From Catajapyx aquilonaris (taxonomy: Eukaryota): DNA of 64,000 nucleotides. Positions 46,833-58,384 of the stretch are shown in pieces (the first letter of the stretch is position 1; every line of letters starts with the position of its first letter). The position numbers and the translations under genes are program-made. The DNA lies in NCBI GenBank assembly GCA_000934665.2, contig JYFJ02001649.1, positions 1 through 64,000 on the forward strand. Reading direction: 5' to 3'. The notes under the pieces are model-generated. The model was not told where the DNA came from. It worked only from the letters and a program-made list of their open reading frames with translations, and did not search any database.

Positions 46833-48578
46833 TCATTTCTTCTTTTTCCCTTTCCCCCCCTTCCCTTTCCCCCCCTTGCCTTTCTTTCCTTTCTTCTTGC
46901 GGAACCGTCCAATCAGGTAGTACCATCGCCTCCAGAAGGCCTGGATCAAGAGCACTGCCCTAAGGCGCTTCTTCATCCACTGTTCCTCCAATATCCTCAT
47001 TTCCTCCCTCACTCGACGCTCTTCAATGATAGATTCATACTTCCCTTCCAGGTCTGAGCAGTGTATCTGCAGCTCCATGCACTCCTCCGTCTCCGTGTCC
47101 AGAAGGAACTGCAGTTTCTCAGCCTCCTCCTTCTTCTCAAACATGTCCTTGTCGTACTTGCGCACCCAGTTGCTGATCTCCGTCTCCAGACGAAGCTTTC
47201 GTCGGTACAGGCCCTCCAGGTAGTTCTCGTTGTTTTCCACCGTGCTTTCAAACCGCTGATGAGTGTTTCGTACTTCCTCCTGCAGCATCTTCTGGGTCTC
47301 GGCACTCTCGTTGGTGATCTCAAGCCGCGCTGTCTCCGCATCTTCGCAGAGCCGCTTCACCGATTCTCTGGAAACACGCTTGGCCATGTATATCTGGTGT
47401 TGCAACGTCCCCATGGTCTCATTCTGCATTCGGCGGGCCTTGGTCAGTGCTTCGTTCGCCTCTTCAATGTCCACCCTCAGCCTCTCAGAGGTCTCCACAT
47501 GTGACTTCTCCTGGATCCAGGCCTCGTACAACGTCTTCTGTCTGCGCTCTTTCTCCTCAGCCAGCTCCTGAAGACGCTGCCGACCGCACCGTCGCAGGTG
47601 ACGAAGAGCTTCTGCCAGATAGAGAAGAACCACTGACTCTTTCTTGGTCAGTTCCCTCTGGATGTTCTTCAGGACACGAGGGTTGTCGCGAAGGCCTCGC
47701 TGGACATCCCGGATGGCGTCGCGCATCTTCTGCCGGATGTCGATCTGCTCTTGCAACATGGACTCCTGATTCTGCCTCCATAACTCCGCCTCATGGATGT
47801 CCTCACTGCTCATGTCGTAGTCTAAGTCCTCATCGTCGTCAGGATCGTCATCCATCATATCGTCGTCTGAGTCTTCGTCAGTCAGATCGTCGCTGCCGTC
47901 TCGTTTCTTCCGCCTCCTCCTACGACGCTTCAGGCGCTTGGGTTGCGAGTCCAGCATGGCCTGCTTCTTCTTTAGGTTGATGTCGTCCCTCAGGCCGTAG
48001 TGGAGGCGAATTAAGGCACGCTCTATTTGTGTCCCAACCAGGTCCACCCATGGTTCCTCTCCTGGGGTGAACCGTCCCTCAAACACTTCTGGAAGGAGCG
48101 CCGGCATTGTCGCCAGCATCTCCAGCTTGTGGGCAGCTTCCTCCATCACCCTCAGGATCTTCTGTGCCTCTGGAGCCAACTGCTTCTCCCTCCGGTAGTC
48201 CGGAATCATGCGTCCTTCCATGGTCAGCTTGGCCTTGACTTTAGACTTGGTCGCCTTGTCCTTAGTTGGTGCCCTACTGGCCTTTCGAATTTCTACCAGA
48301 TCGGCACCTTCCTCCTCCTCCTCTTCTTCCCCCACTGACCCTACCCTCTCCCGTTCTTCCTTCTCCTTCTCCACAGCCGACTTCTTCCGCTCCTTCTCAC
48401 CACTGGCTTCCTCTCCCTCTACCTCTTCGTCGCTCTCATCTTCGTCGCTGGTTGGTGTGACCAGTGATGTCCTGCTGGTGGACGAACAGACGTCATCCGG
48501 CTCATCTTGATCATGGTCGTCCTGCCCATCGTCTGGACCAAACACCTTGACCTTTGTACCTTTATCGCCATCCGCCAT
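46833..48578 (-). CDS. DRC10: Dynein regulatory complex subunit 10 (IQCD-like), single coding exon, about 581 aa
   Basis: Long coiled-coil ORF with RRKLRLETEISNWVRKYDKDMFEK, an IQ motif (AVLLIQAFWR) and a KKKGKKGKGGKGK tail, typical of IQCD/DRC10. First ATG at 48578. Confidence 0.82.
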   Translation of the reverse strand: MADGDKGTKVKVFGPDDGQDDHDQDEPDDVCSSTSRTSLVTPTSDEDESDEEVEGEEASGEKERKKSAVEKEKEERERVGSVGEEEEEEEGADLVEIRKASRAPTKDKATKSKVKAKLTMEGRMIPDYRREKQLAPEAQKILRVMEEAAHKLEMLATMPALLPEVFEGRFTPGEEPWVDLVGTQIERALIRLHYGLRDDINLKKKQAMLDSQPKRLKRRRRRRKKRDGSDDLTDEDSDDDMMDDDPDDDEDLDYDMSSEDIHEAELWRQNQESMLQEQIDIRQKMRDAIRDVQRGLRDNPRVLKNIQRELTKKESVVLLYLAEALRHLRRCGRQRLQELAEEKERRQKTLYEAWIQEKSHVETSERLRVDIEEANEALTKARRMQNETMGTLQHQIYMAKRVSRESVKRLCEDAETARLEITNESAETQKMLQEEVRNTHQRFESTVENNENYLEGLYRRKLRLETEISNWVRKYDKDMFEKKEEAEKLQFLLDTETEECMELQIHCSDLEGKYESIIEERRVREEMRILEEQWMKKRLRAVLLIQAFWRRWYYLIGRFRKKKGKKGKGGKGKGGKGKKKK

Positions 48579-48864
48579 GATGGTGCCCAACTGCGATCCT
48601 CCTGTTCACTGCAGGATGGATACACTCCTGTTACGGACAATCATTCGAACCAAATGGTAAAACCTACACTCACCTAGTTGCAACAGATACGACGATTTAT
48701 CGACAGCCGAATGCGGGGGAATGCAGGTCACCGACGTCGTCCGTCATCGATTGACCTACTCCGGAACATCCCTACCACAACTCTGAGGAGGAAGGTAGGG
48801 GGTGCACCTCTTTTCGTGCGATGTTATTTTTCAGGACAGCCAATCGGCGCATTGTGTTGGCCAC

Positions 48865-48878
48865 GTCTCCCTGGCAAC
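48865..48878. promoter_or_regulatory. RFX X-box-like motif upstream of DRC10
   Basis: GTCTCCCTGGCAAC is close to the X-box consensus GTNRCC-N(0-3)-RGYAAC and lies about 290 bp upstream of the ATG of a ciliary gene. Confidence 0.55.
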
Positions 48879-49587
48879 CACTGGTACCTTGGACGGTACC
48901 TGCCGTGCGAGACACATCCGAAGGAATTTTCGACTCAAATTGAAGCACCTTTTGAGTGTTAAATTTCTGAGAATATTATTTCATTTCATCAGGGTCCAGG
49001 ATCGTGCCGGATGACTAATTCATGATGAGCTTCAAGTTGCAGGATGACGAATGTGAGTGAGTTGCCATCCGAGGGTCAGAAAAACGGCGGTGGCCTCCAC
49101 TCCCAGTAGCAGCAGATTTCAAGGCGCCTATGGTCTGCAAAACCCATCAGGGTACACATCAGTACAAAAATGGCACCAACGATATCACAAACAAATTCAT
49201 GGAAATACCCACATTTGGCACTACGTTGTGTGGGAACATCTATGGTCATCGGGTCTAATAAATGGCAACCACCAGTGCATTAGCTTGTGGCAGATTCTGT
49301 ACTGAATAGAGCGAATCAAATTCAAGGGCTGCTCAGACTGGCAACAAAAACATACCATGCATCTGTCGACACCGGACGATGACTTCGCAGCAAGAGAAAA
49401 ACACGACGGAAAAAATAGCCAGAAAAGTAACTGACCTCGTCGGAACAGAGGATCTCTGGCGTAGGAGGCAGAACTGGTGGTGGTGGTGAGGGGTGAAAGT
49501 GACACTACAAGAAGCCAGCTTTCCAAGGAACTGTCGTCATTCGTACTTCCACAAGTGTTGCTGAACAGTGTGGTTGCTGTTTGAATC

Positions 49588-50038
49588 ATGTGGGGAATTA
49601 AACTGGTGGTGCTGCTGGTTGCAGTCATGCTGGTAGGTAGGTTTTGTTCTGTGCTTAACAGTTTAACAGTGGTGTTGCCTGCAGGTGACTGAGATGGCTG
49701 CTGGTGCCAAGAAAGAGCGACGGCGACGACTCCGACTTGGTAACCGTCCTCTTCAGCACCAGCTGCAGAAGCAGGTTCCGACTACAACCGAGCCAGTGAC
49801 TACCACCAGCACGACCACCACAGTTCCTCCCGGATTCGAAGATCTATCGGACACCCTGGACGTGCACCAGTCGGACGCATCGGGAGAGCCCAACGCCCAG
49901 AACCCTGTCCTGGAGGATGAGCTGCGTTCCAGTTGTCAGGGAGAACCAGGATGCACCTGGGAATGCACCAGTGCAAAGCAGCCCACAGGGGCACACCATC
50001 GCCGCCAGCAGCAACTATGCACATGTCACTGCAAGTGA
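49588..50038 (+). CDS. Orphan secreted protein A (signal peptide, basic patch, Thr-rich linker, C-terminal 6-Cys module), about 132 aa
   Basis: Exons 49588-49632 (MWGIKLVVLLVAVML) and 49685-50038, phase-0 GT-AG. Ends CQGEPGCTWECT...CTCHCK*. AATAAA at about 50191. Confidence 0.72.
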
Positions 50039-50529
50039 GAAAACTGTATCTAAAGTGTTGGGCTTCTGAATACGTGGCACTATGAACTATATAGTGTCAG
50101 AGTCTATTTCTATTAATAACTACCTGACTTGTGATTTTTTTTTTCACTCCACGAACAAGTGTCGATTCTGTAACAGAGGAAATGAGTAACAAATAAACAA
50201 CAATTAGACTGAACACTATAATAGAGGACACCGTTCATACGATCGTATAATAGTGCTCGAATATAGATGGACGAGCCCGTTATGTATTTTTATTTACTAT
50301 TGGCATTCTGCAGTTTTAACTCCTAGAAATTGAGAAGTTTTGAGCATCAATGTGTCTCAAGAACTGCCGGCACCAGCAGGTGAGTGATACTGTACCTATT
50401 GTAGGCGAATGGTTAGCGTCACCTCTTGGCTCTTGCTAATTGTATAGAATCCGACAGGGGGTATCATTAAAAAAAATTGAATTGGTAAATAGGCTAGACC
50501 TTCTGATTGCCACATGAAAGCAAGTGCAA

Positions 50530-50605
50530 GCTGGCCATGCTAGTAGCGCTCTCGACTCTCAATCTAGGGTTCCGGGTTCAAATCCCGGGTGAGAGCGAGT
50601 AAAAA
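50530..50605 (+). mobile_element. tRNA-derived SINE head
   Basis: ...TAGCGCTCTCGACTCTCAATCTAGGGTTCCGGGTTCAAATCCCG (B box). A related reversed copy lies at about 51555-51630. Confidence 0.45.
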
Positions 50606-51769
50606 TATTTGTTGCCATCAGTGCCATCAGGCGGAGCATCCTCTTCATCTTCCGGGTCAAGAAGGGCAAAGAAGATGAGAGGGGCACTGGAGGGAGGGGT
50701 GGGGAAGAAGAAATAAAAATATTTTTATTTCTGACATGAAAATAGACTATCTTAAACCGCGTCGACGATCTGCGCATCCCCACCCACAGCGGGTGGGGAT
50801 TTATTATTTTATTAATCCATATAGAGCCATGCGTCCATGCCACGAAACAGTGATGCCGAATGACAGTTCTGATGATCCCGAGGAGGTCACGATGACCACT
50901 CGCCTACGTCACATTCATACTGATACTTGCCAACTATGTTTGGCTAGCCCACTGCTTCACATCGAGAGATATACTGTATATCTATGTACTGTGCTATGTA
51001 CAGTCTCATTACGAAAGATCCGACAGATGGAGAACGAGGTAGGCCCTGGCCCCTGACCAAAAACCTAATATTAGGGCCTTTTAGGTCAAAGGTCAGCCTG
51101 CAACAAACCATTGAAAATGCCCTAAAAATTGTGCCGAATCATTTGCATGTGCTGGTGATTTTATTGGACCTATAGTTAAATTTCTGGGAGTAAGTTTTTG
51201 GAGGGGTGATAGGTTTGAGAATGGACCTCCCAGGTATAAGGTAAATGCACCCACTTGGGCAGTGGTAGGGTGGGGGCTGGGGATGGCCCACACAAACCGG
51301 AATTCTTCAATTTTTGAATGATTAAATTTAAGACTTTTTTCTTCGAAAAAAGTGACCGCCCCCTCCCATTAAGCAGGTCTCTTAAAAATTTCCAAAAAAA
51401 TTTTCTCCCCTCCCACCCTTTCCTCCCCCTCTCCACACCTCCCCCCCCCTCCTCGCTGCTCCTCCGACACCTACCACTGAAGAAGTGTTGGGGAAACTGC
51501 GAAGAAACAGTCGCCATCTTGGCCAGAGATGTCGGCTGCAAATTTTTTTTTTTCTGACTCTCAACCGTGGAGATTCGGGATTTGAACCCGCATCTCCCGA
51601 TTGAGAGTCTCATACGCTACCACAGACCCACGCTCTGAGGCAACGAAGTTGTGAGTGTTGGAAGGGTCTAGCCTATTTACCAGATGCACTTCAAAGAGAA
51701 ATAAATATGCAATGAGAGATGAAGTAACACCGAGAAAGGTCTATAGCGATAAAAAGAAACGACGTCCTT

Positions 51770-51840
51770 TTTTGCAGGATTCGATCCTTCAACCTTCAGG
51801 TTACGTAGCCGACGGCTTAGCCACTGGACCAATACGCTAC
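51770..51840 (-). mobile_element. tRNA-derived SINE head or tRNA pseudogene
   Basis: Minus strand TGGTCCAGTGGCTAAG (A box) and GGATCGAATCC (B box); no intact acceptor stem seen. Confidence 0.45.
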
Positions 51841-52607
51841 TACGACACTCACACTCTCTCGTGCATGTACTTATTGTAAAGAAAGGACGCAATTACTCCA
51901 AGTTGAGCTAATGAGTAATGACTCATGACTGGCAAGAAAATTTTAATTACCTCATATAGGAGAGTGGTTATTACCTTCAGGGTTAGATACCTGCTATGGC
52001 ATTTATTTTTCTATACTTCAGTGAAATATTAGTGGGACACCACTTCTCTCTTCCATTTATTTTGGGGCGCAACTGCGTATGTGGTGAATGCCAAGCACAT
52101 TAGGTCGGCTACAACAAACCTGCTAAGCATAAAAACATATCCAAAGCACTCGTTACAAACGAATATGCTACATATGGTGAAAAGATCCCCCATATTACAT
52201 AAGCCGACTCGAATGTTTACAACCATTCCGTTGACAACAAGGCGTGGGAAATACATATCAATACACCAGCTAGTTCCAGCACACAACTGATAGTAAACTC
52301 ACGCAAGGACTCCCCTATTGATCAGTTTATTCATAAACATGCATAGAGTACCACGAGCTGCAATGTCATCGTCCAGTCATCGAAATGATCCATCCAAAGC
52401 CACTCACTTGTTGCCGGAAATCTCATTAGAGACGAACCTTCCTTCCTATACCAGGGCGATGACAGATCAGTGACGCCATGCAGGTCACTCTCTTGACCTT
52501 TAATCTCTTCAGTGCCACCCCGGTGATTAACACCCGATGATGTGCTTATTTATTTCCCACGGGTTTCGAACTCATCGGTGGTTTGTGAGTAAATATGGAG
52601 GGATTGG

Positions 52608-52615
52608 TATATAAA
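52608..52615 (+). promoter_or_regulatory. TATA box of orphan secreted gene B
   Basis: TATATAAA about 30 bp upstream of an initiator-like TCAGT (52638) and 45 bp upstream of ATG 52653. Confidence 0.6.
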
Positions 52616-52652
52616 GGAGGGCAGCTAAGAATACAGATCAGTTATCCTCAGC

Positions 52653-53532
52653 ATGCGTAAGGGGGCAGAAAGAAGCGGACAAAAGCATCAGTTTTTAGTG
52701 GGTGTGCTCTTCATCATGGTCATGGTAAGTATATCCACGGCATAACCATTATTGGATAAATGCAAATTGTTAATACGTCGCAGGCTATTAACTTCCACGA
52801 AGACGAATCGTTCATGCTGCCACGGTTCTCCGGGTTGAAAAAGATCTTTCGAGGTCCATCATCTTTGCTACCTAGCAACATCAACGTGGCCAAAGGCAGC
52901 AAGGTGAAACAGTCCAGCTTCCTACCGGACATGTCTTTATTTAGCCGAAGACGTGACCCAGGTGCCACCGCGGACACTACCTCGCTGATTCGTCGTGGAA
53001 GCAACCCAGCTGACACCAAGAGATTTGGTCTCTTCGGAAGATGGCTACCAAATGGTTTTAGGAAGAAGCAGTTATCATCCCCAGTGGCTGCAGCATCGAC
53101 CGACAAAAACAGGTAGGATAATCATGTGGCAGTAGTGACCAGTCCTCATGATCTCTCTCCAACAGCAAGGCCCTCGATGGTGCGGAGGACCAAGTGAAGA
53201 AGAAGAGTAAGCTGCGCTTCCTGACCCCGTTCAAGTACGGATTCCATGCCCTTCGCCTGGCTCCATTTGCGTCATCTCTCCTGCTGGCTCGCAGCCACGC
53301 CAACTCGTCGGAGAGCCTACTTGACGGTGACACCACGTCGACTCCGGATGACCAGACAGACGTCACGGACCTTGTTGAGGAAGAAGGGGCTTACGAAGCG
53401 GAAGTGCGGCAGGAGAAGGACAAGTGCCTGAGGAAAACGGAGTCGTCAGCGAAGAAGGCCGATTGTCGTTGGGTGTGCACCGGCAACGAGACCATTGAAC
53501 TCCGACGGTGCTGCCTTTGTCCACTTTCGTAA
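52653..53532 (+). CDS. Orphan, probably secreted protein B (basic/Phe-rich segments, acidic spacer, C-terminal 6-Cys module), about 255 aa
   Basis: Exons 52653-52724, 52784-53112, 53166-53532 in frame; hydrophobic N-terminus FLVGVLFIMVMA. Ends CLRKTESSAKKADCRWVCTGNETIELRRCCLCPLS*. Confidence 0.7.
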
Positions 53533-54504
53533 CAACCTCCTGGGAATCGGCGCATTGCGAATGTGATAATTTGTCAGCCACAGTATTATTTATAAATATT
53601 TCAGTTCTCCAGGACTGCATTTGACGAGGTCCATTCTGCAAAGAAATGTTGGGCCATATTGTGTTTATATGTACTGAATCATGTGAAATATGAATCAAAT
53701 TAAATACAATTTTATTATTTCATCACCCTTGCTTCTGGATCATTCACATGTGAGAGCAATAAGTGTCTCATTTGCATGTCCAACAGTCACATCCGCAAGA
53801 GTCATATGAACTACTGGTACCTGAAAGAGCATCTGTAATAATTATTCCATTAAATAATTCTACATGTGAATGACTTGATTAGTCCAGTAGTTGCTTCAAT
53901 GGTGCACAAGCTGAAGGTAAGAGTGTAATTTTGATTATACATGTGATCTACTCCATGTTTATAGTTTTCAAGGGCACCAAAGGACATTGAGAGCAGAGCA
54001 AGAGCGGAAGAAGTCCATTGGCTGACTGATTCGATTCAATCAATCCATCAATCCTTCCCTCCCCTTCTTCCCTCCCCTACCATCATCCATTTATCTGTAA
54101 CAACCCACCCTGGCCGCCACAACCTTCCAAATCCAACTGCTGCTGCTGGACTTCAATTGCAGCACAGCCGGTCAGTGATTGCGCTGCTGTATGTGCTGTA
54201 TGTGTGTCGACCACTACCATCTCTGGCGCCGGCGTTGATTACTGTCCATCATCCTTAAACACGTTCACCTCCTCGAGTTACACCCTTGTTGCCAGTGGTG
54301 TCTCATCCTGTGGCGTGAGACTACGTCAGTCAAGTGTCGCTGGTGTCAGCAGGTACAACTTGTGACTGGATATCTGAAATTGCGGAAAAGTGAGTGTGTA
54401 AGTGGCCAAAAAATTTCACTACGTCTGATGGTAAGATTCATCTGCACGTCGTAATATCTACAATACTTGTATGACGTCAAGCCTGAACTGTATGGTAAGT
54501 CAGT

Positions 54505-54700
54505 GTCGTATACGACAGTATGTGACGTATACGACGTATACGACGCCGTATACGGTTGTATACGTATACGTATACGACGATTTATACGGTTGTATACGTA
54601 TACGGCATAATTATGACGTATGCGACGTATGACGTATACGACAGTATACGACATATGACGTATCCGACAGTATACGACATATGACGTATCCGACAGTATA
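54505..54700. repeat. Low-complexity minisatellite of GTATACGAC/ATGACGTA-type units
   Basis: Reiterated TATACGAC, GACGTATAC and GACAGTATACGACATATGACGTATCC. Confidence 0.75.
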
Positions 54701-54932
54701 TGATTTATTCTGGCTTGAACCCTTCCCAATCAGCTAACATGCAGGTTAGAGACCTTAGCTTAACACTATAAGCATTACATAAGTGGTGTTCAAATGCACA
54801 TGACAAAAAGGTCATTGCTTGGCCCTCACTTGTCAATGTACGCATACTCAACAGTCTCGGGTTTAAGAGTTTAATAATTCGTATCATATATTAGACAAAT
54901 GCAAATTTTTAAGGGCAGTTTCCGGTGCAGCC

Positions 54933-56141
54933 ATGAGATCGTCTGTTGCAACGGTACTGCTGCTGGCAACTCTATTGGCACTGCTGAGAGGACCTGGCGT
55001 GCACGCGAGAGATGGCGAAGAGGACACACTCCAGGAGAACTTACTGGACACCATCATGATATCTCCCTGGAAGTTTATCCAGCCTCCTCACCATCTGCCT
55101 GCACCTCTTGCATACCAAGACGAAGATTCCAGCATGGATGAAGGAATGGGCAGAATCGGGAGAGTCCACACCCCTGGTCCTCTTCATAAGAAGGAGTCGT
55201 TGCGGAACACCCTGTGGCTGCCACGTCCACTCACCCACGTAGACTACGCTTACCGACATCACAACCAGGAGCATGAACAAGGCTACGGAAATCTTCACAG
55301 GACCAGATATTCAAGTATAGCAAGGAGGGTGATTTCATATAGGAATGTTCCCTACTAATGTGCGCTTTGATTTGCAGCCGAAGATGACACTCCTCTGGAG
55401 GAAGGTGCCGAAGAAGAGCAGAAGCCAGCTGAGGACTTGTGGGATGAGTCACTGGTTCCAACCGCCAGCAGTGACATAAGCTCGTGGGAATCATCAGAAG
55501 AGGATGGGGCTGACGACAATGGTGAAGACGGAGAGGAGGACGAAGAAGAGGACGAGGACGCAAGAGAAGAAGACAAGCTGGAGTCATCCTCATCGTCATC
55601 TTCGTCATCTTCGGCACCGTCATCATCAGAGGAAGAGTCGACAACTACCAGTGCACGTATCCGCAACAGTCGCGCAAGAGCTAACCGTCGACGACTATCC
55701 GAGTGGTTCGACTGGCACATGAGTAACTGCCATTCCTCAGAAGCCAGCAACCGAAGCTGTCGATGGGTCTGCACAGACAGAAAGAGGAATCCTTGGGGCT
55801 TCGGTTGCTGCAGATGCAAACCAATCACCACCACCTCCGCCCCTACCACCACCATTAGCTCTCCTGTATCACAACGTTCATCCATGCTTCTTCTGCAGCC
55901 ATTCCTCATCCCTCTCCTGCATCCCTCCTCACCCATGGGCCAAAACAAGGGACCAATCATGACGACAACTCCATCCGCTTCTGCCCAAAAAGTTCCACCT
56001 AGAGCAGCTCAGGATGAACTCAGCTTTTTGCTATTGCGTCCCAACAAAGTAAGCCATTCCGCTGAAGAAGATGACGGTGATATGAATCAGAATATGATGC
56101 AACACAACAATTTGCTTCTTGAGAGAAAGCGACGACGCTAA
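54933..56141 (+). CDS. Orphan secreted protein C (signal peptide, His-rich, acidic and poly-Ser tracts, 6-Cys module), about 381 aa
   Basis: Exons 54933-55314 and 55378-56141 (phase 1). Signal MRSSVATVLLLATLLALLRGPGVHA; module CHSSEASNRSCRWVCTDRKRNPWGFGCCRCKP. AATAAA at 56285. Confidence 0.72.
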
Positions 56142-56597
56142 CACTTCATACACACCACTATATCCTAATACCCCCAATTAATATTTTCCGTACCACACAG
56201 GATACCGAATCGAGGCATTGTGTAAAAATATGCAGTATATTGCCGGCATTATTATTTACAATTATCCGCAATGTATTTTAAAGTAATAAAACATGTTCAC
56301 TTGCTATCGTGTTTCTTTAGTTTGGTTGAAAAGCTTTACATTTGAATGTTGTCGACTAGAACTGAAGTTGAACAGCCGCCCTACACATAACAGCAACGGA
56401 AGCACCGATCTAGCCAGGTTAAATACATAAACCAAGGCAACAGCTGTAAGATGAGGGGGTGGATGGTACAGACAACGAGCCTTGGCCAATTTGAAATTGA
56501 GCCAACAGAGTCGCAGAGTTGCAGAAGAGCCTCTTTTCCTTCAGTTGTGTGAAAGTGATCAGTGATTCTGGGACGTCTTTAGCCTGAAGGATCAAAT

Positions 56598-57618
56598 ATG
56601 CAAGCCTGGATACTGAATCTACTGTTGGCAAGCACACTACTGATAGTGACCAGTGGTTTTCCCACAAAAATTCATGAGCTTCAAACAAAACTGGTAAGTG
56701 TTACTCTATGTAGCATGTGGACCATATCACATTGTTTCATGTTCTTATCAGGAAGGTGGGTCAGAAATTGTCGTACCTTCACCATCGACAATCCCAGATG
56801 AAGAAGTGACAGACCTCTTTCGACTGACAAAGTCGGAGAAGAAGGCATGGCGAAGGGAGAGGAGGAAGGAAAGGAGGCGAGAGAGAAGGAGGAAGAGAAA
56901 GATGCGTCGTATGATGAAGATGACCAAGAGGAACAGAGTAGGCAGAGGAATATTCACTCCGGATCCACCCAAGATCAACGTGAGCCTCAACGAACTCTTC
57001 GGGACTACAACACCTCCCCCTGCCTTCTCAGCATACTTCCAGCCGAAGAAGCACGTGCAGACAGCAGTGTTCCTGTGGCCGGTAGTGTCCTTCTCGCATG
57101 CAACAGCCCAGGCCATCGCAATCACCGGGAACATCCCCACCGGCACAGCACGGGCCGAAAGAGCCAGGTTGAAGTTGGCCCAAAGTGGCCAGAAAGTGGC
57201 GGACAAGATCAACAGAAACAAAGAGAAGCCTCAGCAGCCGACCCAGAAGCCTCATCCACGTCTTCCTCAACCACCACCACCACCGCCGCCTCCTCCTCCT
57301 CCTCCCCCTCCACCACCGCCTCCACCTCCGCCTCCTTACCCTCCTCCCCAGCCCCATCAGCCCCCTCGATGGAACAATCAGTACGACAAGTACGGCCGTG
57401 GTAAGCCCACACCAGGAGGTCCTCAGCAACCATGGAACAGGGGGAACACCCAGCAGCAACACCAGTACGGGAGGAACAGGCAACCACAGAGATACCCTAC
57501 CAACCAATACGACGGACAGTACATCAAACAGCATCGGTACAACCAACACAACAAGAATTACCAACATGGCGGGCGCTCACCAGAACCACATTATTATAAC
57601 TCTGACGAACCGCGATAA
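56598..57618 (+). CDS. Orphan secreted protein D (Arg/Lys tract, 22-residue polyproline, Q/N/Y/G-rich tail), about 320 aa
   Basis: Exons 56598-56693 (MQAWILNLLLASTLLIVTSG...) and 56752-57618, phase 0. Mixed-codon polyproline at 57271-57336. Confidence 0.72.
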
Positions 57619-58384
57619 ATATAGAATTTGGAGAATCAAGTTGTTGCCATGCATTGTTCAAATTATGCATTTAAGTTGTTGTTTTTTCGGGAAAAAATGC
57701 ATATGTTCCCTACATTCTTAAGTACATAACATGTAATAAATTATAGCTAATAATAATCTCAATAACTTTCTTATTCCATTCTGCAAGTTCAACCATATGC
57801 AAATGGGGCAATTCGGAGAGAAGTGAGCGCAAAAAATTAAGATGATGGAAAAGCAGGATTGCGAATCCATTCATTTCTTGGCTTGCTTCTGAACGTGAAT
57901 ACACGGAGGAAAATATTTTTAGAGCAGCCCTTGGGGTAAGTGCCAATTACGCGAACCCAAACCGCCTCGCCGCAATTCACAAGAGCCGCTCTAAAATTTC
58001 GCAACCTCTTTGTTTGTACCCGCTGTGTAATCAACAAGGAGGTGCATTACTGAATATATTTTTAAAATACGTTGCTCTTCCACGGAATTATGAACATAGT
58101 GCTTAATGGAAAGAATGATTACGAAATATCATGTAAGGGACACGATGCCACAGGAAACTCTTAACAAGCAGGAAGGAGAGGGGGGGTAGAAGAGGTGGGG
58201 GGTGTTTACATTCATATCAGCTCATTAAAGAGTTAGGCCCTATACCCAGATTAAGTCCTTTATCATTCTGGACATTCACTATGCAACTGCTTTACTTGCG
58301 CAGTGTCCTATACACATAGCTTGATTGTAAAATGCGGGTGTGAATCTCTCTCCCCAGCTCATTGTTGCCCGTGGCCAAGAAGAT

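Noticed and set aside
50530..51840. tRNA-like segments as functional tRNA genes
   Set aside because: A and B boxes are present but I could not fold complete cloverleaves; better explained as SINE heads.
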